From the NCBI GenBank assembly GCA_963843795.1, contig CAWJLW010000006.1, positions 2,616,375 to 2,680,374 of the forward strand: a DNA stretch of 64,000 nt. The letters are read 5' to 3'. The position numbers and the translations under genes were made by a program. Under the pieces are notes generated by a model. The model saw nothing but the letters and a program-made list of their open reading frames with translations, was not told where the DNA came from and ran no database searches. Each line of letters begins with the position of its first letter. The stretch's first letter is position 1. This stretch comes from an uncultured bacterium. Its GTDB lineage: Bacteria; Armatimonadota; Abditibacteriia; Abditibacteriales; Abditibacteriaceae. This document shows, one piece after another, positions 42,367 through 52,760 of the stretch.

Positions 42367-42408
42367 GCAGTTCAACGGAGCAGTTCAACGGAGCAGTTCA
42401 ACGGAGCA
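42367..42408 (+). repeat. 13-bp tandem direct repeat GCAGTTCAACGGA x3 immediately upstream of ftsQ
   Basis: Exact copies at 42367, 42380 and 42393. Confidence 0.9.
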
Positions 42409-42417
42409 TCGTTCATC

Positions 42418-43506
42418 ATGGAACCCACACGCGGCTCACGCCAGCATTTGCGCCACAATCGCCAGCACATTGTGCGCGCGCCTCAAACCAGTTCGGAAAC
42501 AGCCACCGCATCGCCGCTCGATGCGGAATTGACCGATACCGCTTTGCTCGGGGCCACGCCGCGTGCGGTGGAAGAATGGGAGCGGCGCGCGCAACGCCGT
42601 CAGGCACGGCGCAAGCGGCGACGGCGCGGTGCCAGCGGCGATGATGTCACAACGGAAAAAGCACAGCGCTTCAACTGGCGGCGCTTCGGGGCTGTTGTGA
42701 CACTGCTTTTGATGGCGGGCGCAACCGGTTGGGCCCTGACCGCACCGGAAATGCAGGTGAGCAGCGTCGATAACAACGCGTTGAAAATTACCGATGAAAG
42801 GCAAATCGAGGCTGTCGCGCAGAAATTAAACGGACAAAACTGGCTGCGCGCCGATTTAAAAACTGCAGAAGCGCAACTACGCCGCGTGCCAACGATTGAA
42901 AGCGCGCACGTTTCGCGCTCGTGGCGGCACTGGCCGCCGCGTTTACAGATGGAAATTGACGAGCGCGCACCTTGGTTTCGCATCGGCGGCGGCGCGACGT
43001 GGTGGATTGTCGATGAACATGGCATGGCGTTCCGGCGCGCGCAAGAAGGTGATGAAGGTTTAATTGCACTCAGCGCGAGCGCGCTGGATGTTTCCAAGTT
43101 GCGCGCCGGCCAAACCTTGGAGCCGCAAATTTGGCAGGGCGCACGACGTTTAATCGCGGCTTTGGATGAACAAGCACAAAACGGTCATAATTGGTCGTTG
43201 CGTCGGGTTTATCTGGATAAAAATGGCCTCGCCGCGCTGCGTTTGCAGGGCGGTGCGCACGACGAAATGTTGATTCGATTGGGCAGCGACCGCTGGCCGC
43301 AAAAGTTGACGCGTGCACAGCAAGCGCTGGCATTTTTCGACAAAATCGGTCGCCGCGCTCTGGCGCTCAATCTGGTATCCTATTCTCGTCCGACCTGGAC
43401 ACCGCAGCCCGCCGAATCTTCTACCGATGACGCTTCCTCCGCAGCCTCCACCACAAATTCTACCGATGCCGAAAACGCAGTCGCAGCCGCTGATACTTCG
43501 ACCTGA
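42418..43506 (+). CDS. ftsQ: Cell division protein FtsQ/DivIB
   Basis: Basic cytoplasmic N-terminus, single TM, POTRA-like region (IESAHVSRSWRHWPPRLQMEIDERAP); follows ddl. Confidence 0.8.
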   Translation: MEPTRGSRQHLRHNRQHIVRAPQTSSETATASPLDAELTDTALLGATPRAVEEWERRAQRRQARRKRRRRGASGDDVTTEKAQRFNWRRFGAVVTLLLMAGATGWALTAPEMQVSSVDNNALKITDERQIEAVAQKLNGQNWLRADLKTAEAQLRRVPTIESAHVSRSWRHWPPRLQMEIDERAPWFRIGGGATWWIVDEHGMAFRRAQEGDEGLIALSASALDVSKLRAGQTLEPQIWQGARRLIAALDEQAQNGHNWSLRRVYLDKNGLAALRLQGGAHDEMLIRLGSDRWPQKLTRAQQALAFFDKIGRRALALNLVSYSRPTWTPQPAESSTDDASSAASTTNSTDAENAVAAADTST

Positions 43507-43612
43507 ATGACAACTGCAAGTACTTGCAACCTGTTCGGAGTTTTGCCGGTCAAGCAAAGGAAGAATTCGCTAATCCGAACTCCAAACCATTGGCTTTCGA
43601 AGAAGGAACCTT

Positions 43613-44473
43613 ATGAACGACAATTCGCTTTCTTCCACTTCCAACGCGCCCGTTAAAACCACGAGCGCGTCTATCGCGGGCGCGCCGATTGAAGGCAGCG
43701 CGGTCGATTTGCGGACAAGCGCAGTGCGCAAACGGCGCACTTCCTGGATTTTATCGCTGAGTGGAGTGTGCTTCATTTTCGGCGGTTTGCTGGCGATGCA
43801 ATTGCGCGCGGTCGAGCAAGTCGAAGAAAATCGCGCACAAAACGTCAAAGGCACCGTGCTGGCCCAAGAGCAAAACGAGAAGATGCGCGCTAAGCTGGAG
43901 GAAGAAGCCAAGAGCCGCCGCGAAAGCGATGCGCGCATCGCGATTCTCACAAACAAACTGGCGACAACCGGTTCATTGACGCAAGCGCAGGTCAAAAAAT
44001 TGAATACGCAAATTAAGGAAATGCAAACGCTGGCTGGCTTCACCAAAGTGAGCGGCCCGGGCATCAGCCTCAGCGTGGACGACAACCCAAAAGCTGGCAC
44101 CGAAGACGACCGCAATTTTTCGCCACTGATGGTACACGATTTCGACTTGCTGCAAATTGTTAACGAACTGCGTAGCGCCAAAGCCGAAGCGATTTCGCTC
44201 AACGGTAAGCGCCTAACCAACTTCACGCCGATTCGTTGTGTCGGCCCGACGGTTCTGGTCAACTTCGAGCCAATTGCCGCGCCCTTTGTCATCGAAGCTA
44301 TCGGCGATCAAAAAACGTTGGAAGCTGCACTCAAATTGCCAGGCGGCATCGTTGACCGTTTGGCCGATGCGACGAGCGGCGCGGGCTTACAGATTAAAAT
44401 CGCCCGCGAATCAAGCCTAACTTTGCCAGCCAGCGAAAGTTTGCCAAAGCTGCAAAATGTTCAGGCGAACTGA
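43613..44473 (+). CDS. DUF881 family division-cluster protein
   Basis: TM plus coiled coil; LAGFTKVSGPGI, VHDFDLLQIVNELRSAKAEAISLNGKR, IRCVGPTV, PFVIEAIG. Confidence 0.9.
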   Translation: MNDNSLSSTSNAPVKTTSASIAGAPIEGSAVDLRTSAVRKRRTSWILSLSGVCFIFGGLLAMQLRAVEQVEENRAQNVKGTVLAQEQNEKMRAKLEEEAKSRRESDARIAILTNKLATTGSLTQAQVKKLNTQIKEMQTLAGFTKVSGPGISLSVDDNPKAGTEDDRNFSPLMVHDFDLLQIVNELRSAKAEAISLNGKRLTNFTPIRCVGPTVLVNFEPIAAPFVIEAIGDQKTLEAALKLPGGIVDRLADATSGAGLQIKIARESSLTLPASESLPKLQNVQAN

Positions 44474-44575
44474 TAGGCTGCAAGTACTTGCAGAAAACAA
44501 ATAAACAGTCACAGATTGCGTGCAAGTACTTGCGCGCAATCTTCTCACATACATTCAGAATTTTAAGTTTTTGTC

Positions 44576-45055
44576 ATGATCGCACTGCCCTTGCTGGCCG
44601 TTGTTGTCGGATTTTTTCTCTTTTACGGCCCGATGCGCGGGCTGGAAGCCAACGAAGCCTTCGCCCGTTACACCGCGATTGCGGTTCTGGCCGGATTGGA
44701 TACCGTCCTGGGCGGCTTACGTGCGTGGCTCGACGATGCTTTTGACGACTTGGTTTTTATCAGCGGTTTTTTCGTCAACGCGCTTTTAGCGGCGGGATTA
44801 GTGTTGCTGGGCGAAAAAATTGGTCTGGAAACTGGCGTCGGCGATGGTCGCATTTCGGTCATGATGGTAGCAGCAGTGGTAGTGTTTTCCAGTCGGATTT
44901 TGAACAATCTGGCGGTTTTGCGGCGCTTAATTATCAATCGCTGGCGCGCGCGGCGCGATAATAATACGCATCACGAAACTGAAGTGGCGACCAGTGAAAT
45001 CGTGATGTCTGATAAGAGTACGGACGAAAACCGTAAAATCGCGCTACCGAATTGA
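44576..45055 (+). CDS. sbp: Small basic protein Sbp (DUF1290)
   Basis: YTAIAVLAGLDTVLGGLRA, FISGFFVNALLA, RILNNLAVLRR; next to DUF881. Confidence 0.85.
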   Translation: MIALPLLAVVVGFFLFYGPMRGLEANEAFARYTAIAVLAGLDTVLGGLRAWLDDAFDDLVFISGFFVNALLAAGLVLLGEKIGLETGVGDGRISVMMVAAVVVFSSRILNNLAVLRRLIINRWRARRDNNTHHETEVATSEIVMSDKSTDENRKIALPN

Positions 45056-45169
45056 AACCTGATTTTGTTAGAATAACGATGCTTCATTGCAAAGAAGCAT
45101 CGTTTTGTCATCGTAAATCGCACAGAGATTAGCCGAGAGCGCTTGCGCTATCGGCAAGGAGGAGTGGGC

Positions 45170-46714
45170 GTGCCGCGTGAAGGAATTGTTGTTGGCCTGG
45201 ATATTGGCACGACCAAAGTTTGTACTGTGGTCGGGCATGGTGATCCTCGCGGCAAAATCAGCATTGTCGGCGTCGGCACCGTCCCGTCGCGCGGCATCAA
45301 GAAAGGCATCGTCATCGATGTCGAAGACACCGTCGCCGCTATCCGCGAATCGGTCGAACGCGCGCGCCACATGGCGGGTGTCGAGTTCGGCGGTGCCATC
45401 GCTGGCATTACGGGCGATCATATCCAAAGCTCGAACCGACGCGGCATAGTCACGATTGCCGGCGAAGGCGGCGTGATCGTGCCCGAAGATGTCGAGCGCG
45501 CCCTGCGCGCTGCGGTGATGGATGTACCTGCCGACCGCGAAATCATTCATTCGCTGCCACGCTTTTTCGCCGTTGATGGACATCGCGGCGTGCGCCGTCC
45601 GATTGGAATGTGCGGTCAGCGCCTGGAAGTCGAAACCCATGTCGTCACCGGCACTTCGAGCTTTTTACAAAACGTGGTGCAGTGCGTCGAGCGCGCCGGT
45701 TTAACCGTGCAGGCTTTGGTTTTAGAACCGATTGCCACCAGCGAAGCTGTGGCAACTGCCGACGAGCGCGAGCTAGGTGTTGCCTTGATTGATATTGGTG
45801 GAGGCACCAGCGATTTAGCAGTCTTTATGGACGGCTCGATTATCGATTCGCGGGTAATTTCGGTCGGCGGCAATCATGTTACGCGCGATATTTCGATTGG
45901 CCTGCGCACGCCGTTTGATTTAGCCGAGCGCTTGAAAATTGAAAGCGGTGTGGCGAGCGCGAGCTTGATTCCGCACGGCGAAGCCCTTGAAGTGATGACG
46001 GCGGGTAGCGGTGAGCGACAACGTTTGCCGCGCGCGATTTTGGGCGAAATCATCGAAGCGCGCATGAGCGAACTTTTGGAAATGGCACGCGAAGCGATGG
46101 GCGACCATCGCCTGCCCGCGGGCGTGATTTTGACCGGCGGCGGCTCGATGTTACCGGGCGTTATCGAATTGGCGCAAGATATTTTTCAATTGCCGGTGCG
46201 ATTGGGCCAGCCGATTAATTTGGCCGGTTGGGGCGAGCAAGTCGAGACACCGCAGTTTTCGACTGGTGTTGGCTTGTTGCGCTTCGGTTTGCGTCAGCGC
46301 GAAGCGGTTGGTAACCCGACAATTGGTAGCGAAACTACGCCGGTTTTGCATTCGGCACAAGTTCTCAACGAGCAGGCGCGCCGCATCTGGAGCAATCCCG
46401 TTCCGGCCACTTTTGCACCCTTGGCAACACCCGCCAATAACATCAACGGCGCGTTTACAGAAAATGGCAATGGCACCGCACCGTTACCTGCCGATTCCCA
46501 TTCTACAGAAAATGATGCAAGTAATGATGAACGCAACACGCCTTTTGACCAACTTCCGGCTTCAACGCCCGACGCTGCGGAAGTAACTAAAGTGAGCGCG
46601 GCCAACACGATAGTAAACTCTCCTACGGCTAAAGACGATGACGAGCCGGAATCGTGGTGGAGCAAGTTGCTCTTAAAACTGCGCCAGTTGGTTGGCTTCG
46701 TCGAATCGTCGTAG
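45170..46714 (+). CDS. ftsA: Cell division protein FtsA
   Basis: VGLDIGTTKV, LIDIGGGTSD, GGNHVTRDI, LTGGGS; AAGGAGG RBS before GTG; long disordered tail ending in an amphipathic helix. Confidence 0.95.
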   Translation: MPREGIVVGLDIGTTKVCTVVGHGDPRGKISIVGVGTVPSRGIKKGIVIDVEDTVAAIRESVERARHMAGVEFGGAIAGITGDHIQSSNRRGIVTIAGEGGVIVPEDVERALRAAVMDVPADREIIHSLPRFFAVDGHRGVRRPIGMCGQRLEVETHVVTGTSSFLQNVVQCVERAGLTVQALVLEPIATSEAVATADERELGVALIDIGGGTSDLAVFMDGSIIDSRVISVGGNHVTRDISIGLRTPFDLAERLKIESGVASASLIPHGEALEVMTAGSGERQRLPRAILGEIIEARMSELLEMAREAMGDHRLPAGVILTGGGSMLPGVIELAQDIFQLPVRLGQPINLAGWGEQVETPQFSTGVGLLRFGLRQREAVGNPTIGSETTPVLHSAQVLNEQARRIWSNPVPATFAPLATPANNINGAFTENGNGTAPLPADSHSTENDASNDERNTPFDQLPASTPDAAEVTKVSAANTIVNSPTAKDDDEPESWWSKLLLKLRQLVGFVESS

Positions 46715-46865
46715 CCCCGCCAATCTCATCTGCAAGTACTTGCGAGCGAAGTTTAAGGTGGCAAAACGCTGTCGCCCCGATTTCTGTGGTTCAGCCCGTT
46801 CAATTCTGCACGCAAGTACTTGCTCATACGGGCAACGTTTCCCGCAACGTCTCAAAGCGAATTTC

Positions 46866-48132
46866 ATGCAATCAACGCTTCCCATTTCGCCTTCTGCCGA
46901 GTTTGCGCCACTTCCGCTGCGCCAACGCGGCGTGCTGGAAACGCTGGACACGGCGTTCAAATTGTTCCGCCAATATTGGAAACCGTTGCTGGCGTGGGCG
47001 GCGATTGCGGGCGCAGTCAATCTGATTCCTTTCCTGAATTACGTCACTTTCTTTTTCACGCCGCCTCTGGTCATCGGCGCGGTGTGTTGCTGCGTGGCTG
47101 CCGCAGTGCGCGGACAAAACGTCGGATTCAAGCAGTGCTGGCGATTTCTCAAGCCACGCTATTGGAACGTGGTGGCGATGCATGTGCTCTCAGGCATCGT
47201 ACTTTTTGCCGCGATTTTCGGTCTGGTTTTTCTGGCCGCTATTGGCATCGCTGGCGTAGTGAGTCTGCTTTCTTCCATTGGCGACAGCTGGGTGAGCATT
47301 CTGTTTTCAATTGTTCTATTTTCCATATTGCTTATTATCTTCGGCGTGACAACAACGGCGCTAAGCATGTGGCAGTCGTTAACAACGGTTGTGGCATGCA
47401 TGGAAGATGATCCGCAGAATAGCGGAGCAATGAAGCGCGCTTGGAATTTAATGAAAGGTCAGTGGCGTGCAGTCGTCAATATCTCGATGATTCTGGGTTT
47501 GTCGATGCTGGTTTTGTGGGGTATTCTGGCTGGAATTTCGGGACTTTTTCTGGGCATGGGCACGCTACGCGATATCGCGCGCGGCTATGATGTTACTCAA
47601 CGATTCGGGTCTTTTGGGTTTCGTTGCTTCGATAATGGTATCGTCGTATGTGGTGATGCTGTTCTATCTGCCGCTGCATTATCTTTCGGCGACGCTGCTT
47701 TATCTGGATTTCCGCGTGCGCAAAGAAGCGCTCGATTTGGAATGGACGGCGCACTCCACTTCACTGCGACCTGAAACCGCGCCGCCACCGTCTGTGGCTC
47801 ACAGCGGCAACATTTTCAATCCAACCGCGCAGGAACTACAACCGCCACCTCAAACCAGCTCTTGGGACGAAGCACGTCCCGTCGCTCATAACTCAATCGT
47901 TCACACGCCTCCGCCGATTGCATCCGCCGACACGCTGCCGCCCTACTCGCCAACGACACACAGTGCGGCAGCGCAAGAGTTACCGCGCGCCGAATTTGCT
48001 CCTGAAACGCCATCACAAAACAACCAAGCGACGACAGAGAAAAATATTTATGGCGCAGGGCTGGGCTTTTCGCCCGATGCACCCGCGAACGAAACGCCGG
48101 CAGAGCAGACGAATCCAACACGTCAAGATTAA
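46866..48132 (+). CDS. Multi-TM membrane protein of the type found with DUF4129/DUF4350; one +1 frameshift (~47593)
   Basis: LDTAFKLFRQYW..., C-terminal LLYLDFRVRKEALDLE; removing one base joins the two ORF-track pieces into 422 codons. Confidence 0.7.
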
Positions 48133-48183
48133 GATCAAGAGCAGTAATATCGCCGCGCGAAAAAATCTAACTGAATCCTTGTC

Positions 48184-49388
48184 ATGCTTGCTCGCTTGCG
48201 ACTTTTATTTCCGGAGCTGTGGCTTTTTGCCTTCGCGCTATTGATGCGCGCACCCGCAAGCGTGGCTCAGGTTCCGACCCCAGTTCCGACGCCCGGCCTC
48301 GCGCCCGCAATCAGCGCCCAACAATATGCCGGAGAATTACAACGCGCCGAAAGTTTGTTGCGCGCCCAGAAATCTGTGACGCAGCGCGATTTAAAAGCGC
48401 CCTTATCGAGCCTTGCAGTGCGGCGCGATGTGCGACGCGAAGATGGAGCGACTCAGCGCGTCGATGGCAGTGTGTGGAAACAATTTTTGGATTCACCTGA
48501 AAATTACTTGAAACCCAATCCGAAACCGACATCCAAAGCCGCGCCCAATGCGACACCAACGGCGGTTCTTCCCGCCATCGGCACCGTGCCCACAGCCGGC
48601 GCGGTTTCGGCTGCCATTAAGACGCTCGAACTGCAGCAACGCACTTTGCAGGAGTGGGCGCAGCCGCGCAGTGGCAAGTACTGCGTGGCGATGCGAGCGC
48701 TGCGGCGTATATTAAGTCGCTGGAAAAGCAGGGCGTTATTCGCACCGGGCCTACGCCGATTCAACAATTTTTGCAAAATGCGTGGCGCAATTTGTATGGG
48801 CTGTGGGATAAATTTGTTGATTGGCTGGATCGCCTGTTCAGCCGTTCGTCGACGTCTTCGGTGCCAACGATTGATCCGGCTTGGGCGCGCGCCATCGCCA
48901 TTTTGTCGATTGCGGGAGTGCTGCTTTTGGCCGCAATTTTAGCGTGGCGCGCCATTGGCGGGCGTTGGCAACGTAGTGAAAAATCGCAATCGCTGTTGCA
49001 AAGCGAAGACGAAGCTCTGCTCGATTTGCCACCCGATGAACTGCTCGACCGCGCTCAGATAAACGCCCGCGCGGGCAATTTCCGCGAAGCGCTCCGCCAT
49101 CGCTATCTATCGCTTTTGCTGCAACTGGAAGCGCGCGGCGTGTGGCATTACGAACGTCGTCGTACCAACTGGGAACACATTGCGCGCCTGCGGCTTTCGC
49201 AAGCTCATAACAGCGCCGGAGTCGAACAATTGGCGAATCTCACTTCGCGTTTCGACCGCGTACGTTACGGAAACGCCGATTGCGATCAAAATCACTGGGA
49301 AACTTTCGACCGCGACGCCCAACAAACGCTGGAAGCGCTGGCTTCCTCACGTCCCGCCGCGTCCGGTAATTTCGAGGTCGCGCGATGA
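48184..49388 (+). CDS. DUF4129 domain membrane protein; one 1-nt deletion (~48682)
   Basis: AGNFREALRHRYLSLLLQL...RRTNWEH...FDRVRYG; restoring one T gives ...SGKYLRGDASAAAY... and 402 codons. Confidence 0.8.
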
Positions 49389-50614
49389 AAAAACGCCGTC
49401 TTCATCCTGGCGCCATCTTCGCCGTTATAGTATTTCTGCTTTTACTGGGCTTTGGCCTAGTGATGCGCGAGGGCAATAATTCGACCGGCTGGACGCCGCG
49501 CATCGGCTGGAATGATGACACACCGTTGGGCGGCAAAGGCTGGCGGATGCTGCTGGAGCATCAGGGCTATCGACTGCGTCGCGTAGATAGGCCGTTGAAG
49601 CAAATGCCAAACGACGCGCAGGTGTGGATGCTGCTCGACCCGCTCACGCGCTTTTCCCAATCCGAAGCTTCGATGCTGCTCAAGTGGGTGCAGGACGGCC
49701 ACACTTTGATATGGGCCGATACTTCGAGCAAAGAGCGCAGCGAACTCGATTCCAAAGCTGTCAACTCGCCCGCCCTGAATTTGATGCGCGAAAAATTGGG
49801 CTTGCAGGAATGGCGCACCGCTTCGTTTAAACCGCGCGCCGGCTTGCCTCTGCCGCCTTTGGTGCCTTTGGGCGACGGAGACGTGAATCCGTATCGCACC
49901 GACGCCAATGGCGCGAGCGCCAGTGCAGCAAGCGTATTCTCATCGCGTGCGAATGTGCAAATTTTCGGTAATCGCGGAGAAGCGCAACTCATGATGATTC
50001 CGTATGGCAAAGGCCGCGTTTTCCTGATGGCCGATGCTCTACTATGGACGAATATGGCATTGAGCAAAGCGCCCAACACGATTCTAGCAACCAATTTGAT
50101 TCGCGCTCATCATCAGCCGGGCGCGACGATCATCTGGGACGAGCGGCAGCACGATGCAGCAACCGCAACCGAAGTGAAGCCAAATGTATTGTATTACTTA
50201 TGGCGTCCACCGTTACGCTGGGCGGTGCTGCAGGTACTTGCAGGCCTGCTTTTGCTGTGGGCTTTCAAAGCGCGCCGACTGGGACGCGCCGTGCCATTAC
50301 CTGTTCAGGAACCTGTCACGCGCGCTTCTCAATGGGCCTTGGCGATGGCGTCTTTGTTTCAAAAAGCCGAGCGTCCGCAAAGCGCAGCGGCGACAACAGG
50401 CGAAGAGTTTCGCCGCCAATTCGCTTTACGCTTAGGCTGTTCGCCCGCCGATAGTGACGCCACGATTGTCGCGCGAGCCGCGATGCAATTGGATATTCCC
50501 GCTTCGCATCTCGATCATTTATTGCTGCGCGCGCGTACGCCATCCGAAAACCCAGCGCAAATGCTGCGCGATGCTCAGGAAATGGAACTGTTGCTGCGCA
50601 CTCTGCGCCGTTGA
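49385..50614 (+). CDS. DUF4350 domain protein
   Basis: TM, LLKWVQDGHTL, YGKGRV, TNMAL, IWDE, RRLGRAVP; follows DUF4129 with an overlapping stop/start. Confidence 0.8.
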   Translation: MKKRRLHPGAIFAVIVFLLLLGFGLVMREGNNSTGWTPRIGWNDDTPLGGKGWRMLLEHQGYRLRRVDRPLKQMPNDAQVWMLLDPLTRFSQSEASMLLKWVQDGHTLIWADTSSKERSELDSKAVNSPALNLMREKLGLQEWRTASFKPRAGLPLPPLVPLGDGDVNPYRTDANGASASAASVFSSRANVQIFGNRGEAQLMMIPYGKGRVFLMADALLWTNMALSKAPNTILATNLIRAHHQPGATIIWDERQHDAATATEVKPNVLYYLWRPPLRWAVLQVLAGLLLLWAFKARRLGRAVPLPVQEPVTRASQWALAMASLFQKAERPQSAAATTGEEFRRQFALRLGCSPADSDATIVARAAMQLDIPASHLDHLLLRARTPSENPAQMLRDAQEMELLLRTLRR

Positions 50615-50652
50615 TTAGCAAATGCTCAACAGCAACGAAGAAAATTTGTAAA

Positions 50653-52590
50653 TCAATCTTTCAATTCAATGCGCACACTTTCCAAAACGCCAGTGAAATC
50701 GTTTTGCTTTTCGTAGCGCCCGACCAGCCCACCCAGATCGCGCCCGACCAGTAAAGGGTCAAGTGGCATCGTTTGCAAAGGAGCGGGTGCTTTGCCGTTT
50801 GCAACAGTTTTTCCAGCGACTTGAAGCGTTATGGTGCCGTTTTTGGTCAACGTAGCCTCTACCACCAACGCTCCTTTCGGCAATTCCTGCGGCGCTGTTA
50901 CGACGGTCATTTTTCCCTCATTTCGTAATGCCATTTCCAGCCTACTATCACGAACGTAAAGCGCATAGCCCGCTTTTAAACCGCCTTGCGCTACAATCAC
51001 GCCGTCGCCATGTGGTGCGCCCAATTTGGCGCGAATAAGCAGATCACGCCCCACAATCTTTGGAGCTTGCGCGCGCGGTAGGTTTGCGCCCGCTTGCAAA
51101 TCGAATAATAGTGCGTTTCTACTGTTAACCACATCAGATTTGGCGGGACGCACTTGTCCACTGCCTTGATGTTCGCGGGCTTCCATTTCGGTTTTCACGC
51201 CTTGGTCGCCTTGTTGCTGCATCCACGCATCGAGCGCGGCCCGCAGGCGAGCTAAATTCGATTTTTGTGCGGGTTGTGCCGCTATATTGATCAATTCATA
51301 CGGATCATTTTGTAAATCGTAAAGTTCGACAGCCGGACGATGTTGATAGCGCAGCACCTGTTCGCGCGCAAAAGCATCCGTAGCGCCTTTGCGAATCCAC
51401 GATTGAAACACCTGACCATTGACCTCGGTGTTCTTGAACGTCGCGTCCGCGTTGAGATTGAGAATATATTTCCAACGTTTATCGGCTACAGCGCGAATGC
51501 CATAGGCTTCCGGGCCAGCGATGATGCCGCGCGAAGTTTCTTCGGCAAAAACAAATTCGCGGCCCTGCTTAGATTTTCCAGTCAACAAATCCAAAACACT
51601 GCGTCCATCAAGGCCCGCGACCGCCTGGCCGCCGGCCATTTCAATGAAGGTGGGTAGAAAATCAACATATTGGCACAACGCGTCACTGGTCGTTCCAGCT
51701 TTGATTTTCGCGGGCCAGCGCGCAATCGTCGCACTACGAATCCCTACATCATAAAGCGTCCATTTGCCATGTGGCATCGACGAGCCTTGTTCGCTCAGAA
51801 ATATCAAAAGCGTGTTGTCAGCCTGTCCGCTGCGCTCGACGGCTTCCATCACGCGGCCCACTTGCTGGTCGAGATAGGTTACTTCGCCATAATAGCGCGC
51901 CAGAGCGCGGCGCGTGGCGGGCGTATCGACCAGATACGGCGGCAACGTTAATCGCGCGGGTTGGTAGACGCTCGCATCGCCCTTGTTCCACGGACTGTGT
52001 GGTTCGTGCGCGGCTACCACCAAACAATAGGGCTGATCTTTGTTGCGGTCGATGAACTGTTCGGCGGCATGGTAATTCAAAGCTGTTTCGCTATCGGTGC
52101 CTTCATCCTCGTCCTGTAATGCATTGGTCGCGCGTTCGGGATATTCAAACGGAAAATTTTGCGCGGGTCCGAAATGCCTTTTGCCGACCAGGCCGACTCG
52201 ATAGCCCAACGGCTGCAAATAGTGCGGCAAACTTTTGACTTCCGGCTTGACAATCGCGTGGTTAGGATACGCGCCGCTTTTAATTGGAAATAATCCGGTG
52301 TAAAGCGCTTGACGCATCGGCGAACACACCGGCGCGGGCGAATAGCAACCAGTAAGACGCATTCCCTGCGCCGCCAGACGGTCGAGATTAGGCGTTTTCA
52401 CATCCTTGTTGCCCCAACATCCCAAATCGTGATAAGTCAGGTCATCCGCAATCATCACCACAATATTGGGCCGTTTCGCTGTTGATATTGGTGCTTGCTG
52501 CGCGCTACAACTGTAAGAAACCATTAAGCTCGCTGCACCAATCATTGACATCGTCACACTCTTTTGCCAACTAAACGTATTCATCGCCAT
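50653..52590 (-). CDS. Secreted sulfatase with C-terminal beta-sandwich (LamG-like) domain
   Basis: RPNIVVMIADDL, TPNLDRLA, CSPMR (CxPxR formylglycine motif), GKRH, ELYDLQNDPYE. Confidence 0.92.
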   Translation of the reverse strand: MAMNTFSWQKSVTMSMIGAASLMVSYSCSAQQAPISTAKRPNIVVMIADDLTYHDLGCWGNKDVKTPNLDRLAAQGMRLTGCYSPAPVCSPMRQALYTGLFPIKSGAYPNHAIVKPEVKSLPHYLQPLGYRVGLVGKRHFGPAQNFPFEYPERATNALQDEDEGTDSETALNYHAAEQFIDRNKDQPYCLVVAAHEPHSPWNKGDASVYQPARLTLPPYLVDTPATRRALARYYGEVTYLDQQVGRVMEAVERSGQADNTLLIFLSEQGSSMPHGKWTLYDVGIRSATIARWPAKIKAGTTSDALCQYVDFLPTFIEMAGGQAVAGLDGRSVLDLLTGKSKQGREFVFAEETSRGIIAGPEAYGIRAVADKRWKYILNLNADATFKNTEVNGQVFQSWIRKGATDAFAREQVLRYQHRPAVELYDLQNDPYELINIAAQPAQKSNLARLRAALDAWMQQQGDQGVKTEMEAREHQGSGQVRPAKSDVVNSRNALLFDLQAGANLPRAQAPKIVGRDLLIRAKLGAPHGDGVIVAQGGLKAGYALYVRDSRLEMALRNEGKMTVVTAPQELPKGALVVEATLTKNGTITLQVAGKTVANGKAPAPLQTMPLDPLLVGRDLGGLVGRYEKQNDFTGVLESVRIELKD

Positions 52591-52760
52591 GATCTTTCTC
52601 TCCCTGCCAACCACTTCCAAGCGTTATTTCAAATATAAGCCATCAGCTTCCATACTGCACAGCGAGTGAAGTTTTCCAGCTGCCATAGTTGTCAAATTAA
52701 TCTCAATTTCCCATCGCCATGAAACTGCATCGCAACGGAGTTCTGTGCCAAAATTAAATT

